44,099 nt of DNA from an uncultured archaeon (GTDB taxonomy: Archaea; Nanobdellota; Nanobdellia; Pacearchaeales; GW2011-AR1). The notes under the pieces were generated by a model. The model was not told where the DNA came from. It worked only from the letters and a program-made list of their open reading frames with translations, and did no database searches. Below are positions 37,497-44,099 of this stretch, piece by piece (within the stretch, counting starts at the first letter, position 1; every line of letters begins with the position of its first letter). The translations under genes and the position numbers were made by a program. The stretch lies in assembly GCA_903873955.1 (NCBI GenBank), contig CAIQQL010000042.1:1-44099 (forward strand), written 5' to 3'.

Positions 37497-38789
37497 ATGG
37501 TGAGGATTGTAGTGGTTGATTCCGGTGCGAGGGGCAATGCCCTATTGTACGCTTATGCCCATAGCTTAAAGGAGTCCCAACAACCCTTTGAAGGATTAGT
37601 TCTCGGTTCGCTATGCGCATCCCGTGAGGATTATGTTGACCTTGGCAATAAAGAGCAGGTATTAGACAGAATACTCAGGTATAACCCTGATCTGGTCGAT
37701 GTTGCACAGGATGAGGCACTTGCCTCGGGATTGGTCGATACACTGCGAGAAAGAGGCGTTAAGGTCTTTGGCCCAACAAAGAAAGCTTCAAGAATCGAGT
37801 GGGATAAACTTTGGGCCCGAGATTTCATGAACCGACATCAGATCCCCACTCCAAGATATGCTTCTTTTGGCCATGCGCAAGAAGCCCAAGCGCGAGAATA
37901 TGCTTTACGCTTAATCGCTGAAGGGAAAAAAATATTTTTTAAAGCCGCAGGATTATGTGCGGGAAAGGGCGTGGTCGGAGCCTCAACCAAATTGGAAGTT
38001 GAAGCAGCCATCAGAACAATGCAAGAGAGAGGGGCCGCATCGCAGGTCTATCTTATTGAAGAAGGCATCATCGGTGAAGAGTTTTCATACTTTGCCATTG
38101 CCGATGGGAAGAGCTTTCATTGCTTTAGGTCCGCACAAGACAATAAACGCATCTATGATGGAGACAACGGTCCAAACACTGGAGGTATGGGAGCACACTG
38201 TCCGGCATTGATCACTAAGGGAATAGATAAGAGGATCATCGATACCATCATCCGCCCAACTTTCCAAGGGCTTGCCCAAGAAGGAACGCCCTACACAGGG
38301 ATATTATATCTAGGAGGCATTGTAACTTCAAGCGAAGAAATAAACGTCATTGAGTTTAATTCTCGCTGGGGAGATCCGGAATGCCTGGTCGTTCTTCCAG
38401 GGATCAAAACCAATTATTTCGAACTCATAACCAAAACAATTGAGGGAAGGCTGTCAGAGATGCATCCTGAAGAAGATAGCCTGTTCAGGGTAGCGATAGT
38501 TGGTGCATCCCGAGGGTATCCAGATGCCTATGAGAAAGGGAAAAGAATCACTTTTGATTCAGGAAAATTTCCAAAGCAGTGCTGGATAGTTCCAGCCGCA
38601 GTAGTTGAAAGAGACGGCGCGCAGTATACCAACGGGGGCAGATTGTTCAGTGTAGTTGCTCAGGGAGAAAACTTGCGGGAAGCCCAAAAAATCGCTCTTC
38701 AAGGAATGTCCTGCTTTGCAGTAGAAGGGAACGGGTTGCATTTCAGAAAAGACATAGGATATCGAGATTTAAATCGGAATAAGAATTGA
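37497..38789 (+). CDS. purD: Phosphoribosylamine--glycine ligase (divergent)
   Basis: FGPT, KAAGLCAGKGV, QDNKR, GPNTGGMG, EFNSRWGDPE, GYP, TNGGR and FRKDIG. Confidence 0.93.
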   Translation: MVRIVVVDSGARGNALLYAYAHSLKESQQPFEGLVLGSLCASREDYVDLGNKEQVLDRILRYNPDLVDVAQDEALASGLVDTLRERGVKVFGPTKKASRIEWDKLWARDFMNRHQIPTPRYASFGHAQEAQAREYALRLIAEGKKIFFKAAGLCAGKGVVGASTKLEVEAAIRTMQERGAASQVYLIEEGIIGEEFSYFAIADGKSFHCFRSAQDNKRIYDGDNGPNTGGMGAHCPALITKGIDKRIIDTIIRPTFQGLAQEGTPYTGILYLGGIVTSSEEINVIEFNSRWGDPECLVVLPGIKTNYFELITKTIEGRLSEMHPEEDSLFRVAIVGASRGYPDAYEKGKRITFDSGKFPKQCWIVPAAVVERDGAQYTNGGRLFSVVAQGENLREAQKIALQGMSCFAVEGNGLHFRKDIGYRDLNRNKN

Positions 38790-38802
38790 GGTATATCAAA
38801 GA

Positions 38803-40110
38803 TTATCTAAAACGGCGACTGTTGCCTCGCTGAAATCTTCCCCGTGAACTCCCGCGATCACCACCACGATTACCGCCCCGGTTTCCACCCCAGTTACCGC
38901 GACTTGAACCACCAGATCTCTGGAATCTCCCTCTTCCTCCACCACCACGACGCATACGTGCACTCTTCCGATCGGCGTTTGAACTGAAGGTGATAGGTAT
39001 AACATTAAAGACTGGAAGCGCATCCTTTTCAATGTCTAGGGAAATTTCCCTGCAAATCTGCCTGAACTCAGTATGATCTCCAGAGGACACGAAGCTGATG
39101 GCAATACCATTTTTCCCTGCCCTTGCAGTCCTGCCAATACGGTGAATATAGTCAGTCCCTGTGCTAGGCAAATCAAAATTATAAACATGAGACACATCTT
39201 TTATATCAAGGCCTCTTGCAGCAACATCAGTACATACGAGAATAAGAGTCTGTCGTGCATGGAACGCTTCGAGAGTGTGGCTGCGTTTATTCTGTGAGAG
39301 CCCACCATGAATCGCCATGGAATGAACACCTTCATGCTTGAGGGCATCACATAAGCGATCAACATTTCTTCGAGTATTACAAAATACCATGACTACACCA
39401 TTTTTTTCCAATTTTAATAGATGTAATAATAAGGAAAACTTCTGTTCCGCTGAGACATCATAATATTTTTGATAAAGCAGCTTGGGATCAACCTTATTGT
39501 CTACTTCTATAAGAACAGGATTCACCATATGCCTATTAGCAATATGCTCAATCTCCTTGGAGATTGTTGCAGAAAAAAGAAGAGTCTGTCTCTCTTTTGG
39601 ACAAGATTGGATTATCTTCTCAACATCCCTAATAAAACCCATATCCAGCATCCTGTCGGCCTCATCCAGAACCAGGTATTTTATTCCCCGAAGGTTTAAT
39701 GTGTGGTGGTTAAGATGGTCTAAAATCCTTCCTGGAGTCCCAACAACAATATCAGCAAATCTCAGTTCACGTATCTGCGGCCCCATAGAAACGCCACCAA
39801 ATATCTCCTTTACTTTCAATCCCTGAGGTTGTGAAAACATCCTTAACGTAGTAGCCACCTGTTCAGCTAATTCTCGCGTGGGAGTAAGGACGAGCAGTTG
39901 CAGGCCGCTGCCCCGTTTCATCCTGTCAATGATACCTGCCCCGAAAGCAAGCGTCTTTCCGGAACCTGTTGCAGAGCTACCAATCACATCCTTGCCCTCT
40001 ACTACCAAAGGTATGGTTTTTGCCTGGATCTCGCTAGGTTCGCTAAATCCTTTAGCTTTTATGACCTGCAAGATGCTTTCATGCAATCCTAATTGTCTGA
40101 ATTTTTCCAT
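38803..40110 (-). CDS. DEAD-box RNA helicase with RGG-rich tail (paralog of 6094..7368)
   Basis: All DEAD-box motifs present; GGNRGGNRGGDR tail. Confidence 0.96.
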   Translation of the reverse strand: MEKFRQLGLHESILQVIKAKGFSEPSEIQAKTIPLVVEGKDVIGSSATGSGKTLAFGAGIIDRMKRGSGLQLLVLTPTRELAEQVATTLRMFSQPQGLKVKEIFGGVSMGPQIRELRFADIVVGTPGRILDHLNHHTLNLRGIKYLVLDEADRMLDMGFIRDVEKIIQSCPKERQTLLFSATISKEIEHIANRHMVNPVLIEVDNKVDPKLLYQKYYDVSAEQKFSLLLHLLKLEKNGVVMVFCNTRRNVDRLCDALKHEGVHSMAIHGGLSQNKRSHTLEAFHARQTLILVCTDVAARGLDIKDVSHVYNFDLPSTGTDYIHRIGRTARAGKNGIAISFVSSGDHTEFRQICREISLDIEKDALPVFNVIPITFSSNADRKSARMRRGGGGRGRFQRSGGSSRGNWGGNRGGNRGGDRGSSRGRFQRGNSRRFR

Positions 40111-40231
40111 GTTGTGAACAAAAATCTATCAGAAAATGAATCTCTGTAAATTCGTATAATTTTACCCCTCTTTAATAGTATATAAACCTATTTATTTTTT
40201 GACCATATATAGGTTTGTCTAAGAATCAAAG

Positions 40232-40274
40232 AAAAAAACTATGGAAGGAGGATCAGTTCATCACGTCCTCCCAT
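40232..40274 (-). terminator. Hairpin plus T-tract downstream of the HerA-like gene
   Basis: The minus strand reads ATGGGAGGAC...ATCCTCCTTCCAT then AGTTTTTTT, directly after the stop codon. Confidence 0.5.
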
Positions 40275-40279
40275 GACGA

Positions 40280-42469
40280 CTACTTCACCGGATAGAGCAG
40301 GATGTTTGCATGCACCAAGAGATCCTTTCGTGCAGGATTATAAGAAAGGCTTTTTGTCAGCGTATGGGACTTTTGGTAAAGCTTACTTTCAAGGGATTTT
40401 ATCTTCTCTTTGGTTTCTTGTCGGTTTTTAGCTATTTTCAGCTGCAAAAGTTTATTTTTTTGTCTGAGCTTCCTTATGAGGCGTTCCTTCTTCCGGATTT
40501 CCCGCGTCTTATCTGAAAGACGATGATTACCAAAAAGCCGCTTGACCAGGCGCCCTGCCTTTATTGCGCTTGTACGGTTACGAATTGAATTCAGTTTATG
40601 CTTATTTGCCTTCTGGACTGCAAGAATTTTCATCTCCTTTCTCCTCCCTTTTTCTATCAGAACCCGCGTTGCAGAAAGAAGCTCTTCTTTCATAAAATCA
40701 TAATTTGACTTGATCACCATACCCTTTTCTTCTCCAGTGATCTGCGTCACCTTGCTTGCATAAAGTCTTTTCTTTAGATGCGCCTGACTATCCTTGACTG
40801 CTTGGTAGATTGACTTTTTTATGCTTCTTTTCGGGGTAGGCAAATGAAAGGATTGTCTTCGAAGAGCCTTCCAGTTGCTCGACTGGATCTCATGAGCCTG
40901 GGGATCTGTCTTGTTGCTTAGGTCAAATATGTAGGGGCCAATAACCGGAAATCGGTTGCGGTTGAAAGGTTTAGGCTCAATCGTGACACATAACAGGGGA
41001 AGATACTCGCCTGCTGGCGATTCAACAACGAGGGTTTGTGTGGTATCTGCATACTGCGCTATCTGAGCCTTGAGCTTTTTTAGGATTGTAAGAGAATGAT
41101 TTTGTGCTGCCTTAGAGTATAACGTTTTTTTGGGCGCAGATATATTTGGCAGTTCAAGGGGATTTTCATTGATAGGCCTTGTTTCAGGATGGTTTATCCA
41201 ACCAATATCCTTATCCAGCAAAGGTCCAGCATGATAACTATAGAGCCAACGAGCATGAATCTTCAGACTTTTATTCTCTACCGCATTGTTGTAGAAAAAA
41301 TCTCCTGTCTTGAAAGTGATGAGTGCCTCCTTGAGGGTGGCAAGTGAAATACCTATGGCCGTTGCCACTTTGTCCATATCATTTTCCGTGCGAAGCTTGC
41401 CGATAAAACGCGTCCCGATATTACCCAAGACCTTGTAGTCAATATCTCCAGGGTTCTGGGTAGCGAGAATGATGCCCAGGCCAAATGCGCGTGCCTGGCG
41501 TATCAGTATCTCAAGAGACTTCTTGCAGGGAGGGTTTGCAGGAGGCGGAGGAAGAATTCCGGCCAGTTCATCGATATAAAGGATGTACTGCAGCTTGTCA
41601 GTGCCTCCCCTGTGTAGGAGAAATCGATAAAGTTCCTGAAGAATTTGCTCGATTGCATATTGCTTTTCTTCTGTCGACCCTGTAAACCTCAGGTCAAAGA
41701 TAGAAAGGTTACCTGGTTTTAAAAGGGCTTCAACATCAAGCTTGCTTCCCGCTTTCCATGCCTGCTTAGAAGGAGAAGAAAGAATCAAATTGATGGAAGA
41801 AGCTATCTTTTTCCTGTCCTGTTCTTTAAGAAAATCATCCATGCTCAATGTTCCCAGCTGAGTAAAAGGAGGATTAAGGATCTGTCCAATGAGTGACTCG
41901 AGAGTAAGATCCTGCCCTGCACTCCAGTTGTACAAAATCAAAGAGGAAATAAGAGACTTCGCTTTCTCATAGTTGGCAGTGAGCCCTGCAAGCTGACAGA
42001 GAGATTCTGATAAAGGATCGATCAAACTTGAAGGAAGCGAAGCATCTTTCTCAAGTTCTGTTTTAAAATCCTTTGGAGCCGCCAAATCAGGCACCAGGCT
42101 CACTTGCAGACCAACAGAGGATTTTGGAGTAAATATCTTGGTTTTAACCTTGCTCAACGCATCCAGCTTTGCAGGTTGGAAATCCTGGAAATTCGAGAGA
42201 TAAAGCGACTGGGTTTTTTCAGGATGAGCAACAAAAGGTGTAAAGTCAAAGGTTTTGTTCGTAACACCTAACCCGCCAATGTCTCCTTTTGGATCAATGG
42301 CGATAACAGGAATACCGCTGGCTAAAGCCTCTTCAATCACTACCTTGCACATCACGGTCTTTCCAGAACCCGTAGTCCCAAGAATTGCGGCATGCTGCGT
42401 CAGGCTATTTAGATCATACTGCACTTCCTTTCCTTGATCTACACTAAAACCGATACCTGCTTTTTTCAT
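40280..42469 (-). CDS. HerA/FtsK-superfamily ATPase (DUF87/DUF853-like) with basic coiled-coil C-terminus
   Basis: GTTGSGKT, IDPKGD, LYIDE and RQARAFGLGIILATQNP (arginine finger, ATQ). Confidence 0.88.
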   Translation of the reverse strand: MKKAGIGFSVDQGKEVQYDLNSLTQHAAILGTTGSGKTVMCKVVIEEALASGIPVIAIDPKGDIGGLGVTNKTFDFTPFVAHPEKTQSLYLSNFQDFQPAKLDALSKVKTKIFTPKSSVGLQVSLVPDLAAPKDFKTELEKDASLPSSLIDPLSESLCQLAGLTANYEKAKSLISSLILYNWSAGQDLTLESLIGQILNPPFTQLGTLSMDDFLKEQDRKKIASSINLILSSPSKQAWKAGSKLDVEALLKPGNLSIFDLRFTGSTEEKQYAIEQILQELYRFLLHRGGTDKLQYILYIDELAGILPPPPANPPCKKSLEILIRQARAFGLGIILATQNPGDIDYKVLGNIGTRFIGKLRTENDMDKVATAIGISLATLKEALITFKTGDFFYNNAVENKSLKIHARWLYSYHAGPLLDKDIGWINHPETRPINENPLELPNISAPKKTLYSKAAQNHSLTILKKLKAQIAQYADTTQTLVVESPAGEYLPLLCVTIEPKPFNRNRFPVIGPYIFDLSNKTDPQAHEIQSSNWKALRRQSFHLPTPKRSIKKSIYQAVKDSQAHLKKRLYASKVTQITGEEKGMVIKSNYDFMKEELLSATRVLIEKGRRKEMKILAVQKANKHKLNSIRNRTSAIKAGRLVKRLFGNHRLSDKTREIRKKERLIRKLRQKNKLLQLKIAKNRQETKEKIKSLESKLYQKSHTLTKSLSYNPARKDLLVHANILLYPVK

Positions 42470-42582
42470 TAGTCAAAATCTCTTTCCATCATAAGAAACA
42501 AGGCAGTCTTATTAACTTTTTGCCCAGAAACATTGTGAAGGAGATAAGACAGAATCAAAGGAGACAGATTGGGAGAATACTC

Positions 42583-42744
42583 TTAAATTTGCCCAGTTTG
42601 GATAAATTTTCTCATGGCTTGTTCCAAAAGTACCTGCGGAGCAAAACCCTTCTTGCTACAAGCCTTCATAAAATCGTCATAGACGGCACCATCAACATTA
42701 TAGTCGAGTTTCTTTTTTCTTGCACCAGGTGCTGTTGCTGCCAT
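42583..42744 (-). CDS. 53-aa ribbon-helix-helix-like DNA-binding protein (absent from the ORF track)
   Basis: Manual translation gives MAATAPGARKKKLDYNVDGAVYDDFMKACSKKGFAPQVLLEQAMRKFIQTGQI. TTTATAAA lies 21-29 nt upstream. Confidence 0.7.
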   Translation of the reverse strand: MAATAPGARKKKLDYNVDGAVYDDFMKACSKKGFAPQVLLEQAMRKFIQTGQI

Positions 42745-42929
42745 AAAAGACTGAGGCAAAGAGGTTTTATAAATGTAACTAGAAAAGTTACTAATTCGAA
42801 ATCAGGCATTTCTACCGCTCGCCATAAAACAGAGGCTTACCTTTTACTGAGCAGAAATTAAATTAAGAGGCTGTGCCCGCCTCTTTTTAGAAAATTAAAA
42901 AAAGAAAAAAAATAAAGTTTATAACCTGA

Positions 42930-43580
42930 TTATTTAGCCCGCAGGGTAAATTCAACCCGATTCGTCTCAGAACCTGGAAACCCAGCTAAATCTTTTGGTC
43001 TATAGGTGTAGAGATTTGTGCAGTTCAGGATAAATCCTCCCTTAAGTATTGCATAACGACCCTTAGATAGAGGAGGCGTCAATTCGCCGTTAATATTTAC
43101 CATTGTTGTTAATGCTGCTCCTCCAAAATAGACTATAGATGCATTCATACGCCAAGGTCCCAGAGCAATAACTCGGTTCTCCGCATCAGTCATATTTACA
43201 AATATAGAGAGGTTACTCGTGTCAAATAGAGTAACATTTCCAAGCACTGACCAGTTCCCCACTGTACGTTGATTATTTTGCGTAAGTAAGCTTATAACAT
43301 CAATTGTATTGTTCAGAAGAACCGTCGTATAAGCCATCTGTTTTGTCAGATTTGCTATAGCACTTGCACTACTCTGCGATTTCAAGTAGGTGATGTTCCA
43401 ACTTAAAGAATTAATCTTGGTGTCTATTTCAGCCGCGGTATACACAGGTGTGCCACCTTTGACTGAGGACACTGAGATGCTGTTACCCGTTAAATTAACA
43501 GTTGCAATACTGGAGATTACAGAAACTAGTAAAGAAATTACGATTACCGTAAATATACTAACCCCTTTATTTTCAACCAT
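42930..43580 (-). CDS. Hypothetical secreted/surface protein
   Basis: N-terminal TM followed by LTGNSI; many N-x-S/T sequons; SD GGAGGTG upstream. Confidence 0.75.
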   Translation of the reverse strand: MVENKGVSIFTVIVISLLVSVISSIATVNLTGNSISVSSVKGGTPVYTAAEIDTKINSLSWNITYLKSQSSASAIANLTKQMAYTTVLLNNTIDVISLLTQNNQRTVGNWSVLGNVTLFDTSNLSIFVNMTDAENRVIALGPWRMNASIVYFGGAALTTMVNINGELTPPLSKGRYAILKGGFILNCTNLYTYRPKDLAGFPGSETNRVEFTLRAK

Positions 43581-43673
43581 TTAACCACCTCCTTTCAAAC
43601 CTATTCCTTAGGAATGTATGGGAACTGAAATATTTAAGGGTTGTTGTATTCTTTGACCTGAAGGATACGCCAA

Positions 43674-44099
43674 TCAATGAGTCTGTCTCTTAGATCTTGA
43701 TTGCTGCCTGCCTTGTTTAGGAAGAAACTCTTTTCCAATGCTAAATCTGTTCTTCGACACTACCAATATCCATCTTGGATAATTATGATGATTTTGGGCC
43801 CCATGCCATCGATTGAAAAAATCAAGATAGCCCATCTTGAACTTCTTCCCATTCCAAGGATCGTTAAAAATGATATATTTAGATGTAAAACCGACAACGA
43901 CCGCATAGTGGCCGACATCAGATGAGGGTTCGATAAAATGCACTATCACCGGTAATCCTAAATTAATAAAATGTAAAATCTCATGTAAACTCGAGTTATC
44001 ATGGACATAGCAGTAAAAACCCTCTTTTCTTGCGACCTCAATCAGGAACTTATGAGACGTCCCATCAGGAGTTGTACGAGCCAGCTTTGCAATCGCCTC
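43674..44099 (-). CDS. C39-family cysteine peptidase, 5'-truncated by the window edge
   Basis: Frame is open to the window end (…TTPDGTS…LGLPVIV). GHYAVVVG and FNDPWNG supply the catalytic His and Asp. Confidence 0.85.
   Translation of the reverse strand, partial: EAIAKLARTTPDGTSHKFLIEVARKEGFYCYVHDNSSLHEILHFINLGLPVIVHFIEPSSDVGHYAVVVGFTSKYIIFNDPWNGKKFKMGYLDFFNRWHGAQNHHNYPRWILVVSKNRFSIGKEFLPKQGRQQSRSKRQTH

Noticed and set aside
38820..38950. Short degenerate repeats
   Set aside because: They encode the RGG tail of the helicase; not a CRISPR array or mobile repeat.
42520..42861. 113-aa plus-strand ORF with CCC motif
   Set aside because: TTG start, and it is antisense to the more convincing RHH-like gene and its promoter.
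42795..42890. Possible plus-strand small RNA ending in the AAGAGGC...GCCTCTTTTT hairpin, with an imperfect GCCATAAAA...GAGGC repeat
   Set aside because: The hairpin is equally explained as a 3' element of the minus-strand gene ending at 42930; no covariation or expression evidence.
1..44099. tRNA, rRNA, CRISPR array, transposase or integrase
   Set aside because: None seen by eye. Intergenic gaps are short and AT-rich; a tRNAscan/Infernal run would be needed to exclude small RNAs.

Overview
A gene-dense 44 kb segment of an archaeal chromosome, most likely a DPANN lineage resembling Pacearchaeota/Woesearchaeota. This placement is an inference from the archaeal RNase J, HemK2, prefoldin alpha, TrpRS, Cmk and R15P-isomerase sequences, and from TATA-like boxes about 20-30 nt upstream of many start codons. 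Roughly the first 13 kb is mostly housekeeping (RNase J, HemK2, prefoldin, CysRS, DEAD-box helicase, Dus, RbgA-like GTPase, Cmk, TrpRS). The rest is largely accessory. It contains (i) MsrB followed by a coupled ApbE flavin transferase / ferric-reductase-like flavocytochrome / membrane-tethered low-complexity protein ending in TTRAS, a candidate flavinylation-based transmembrane electron-transfer system; (ii) DedA, ZIP, LUD, DsbA, GNAT and an HhH-GPD glycosylase-like gene; (iii) de novo purine genes with a PurS-fused PurL, an unusual PurQ-PurM fusion, PurN and a distant divergent PurD; (iv) a coupled HD hydrolase / radical SAM / APH-like kinase operon facing CYTH and HIT genes; and (v) a P1B-5-type ATPase, a divergent wHTH regulator/SDR pair with operator-like repeats, a second DEAD-box helicase, a HerA-like ATPase, an unannotated 53-aa RHH-like protein and a partial C39 peptidase. 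I saw no tRNA, rRNA, CRISPR array or transposase.
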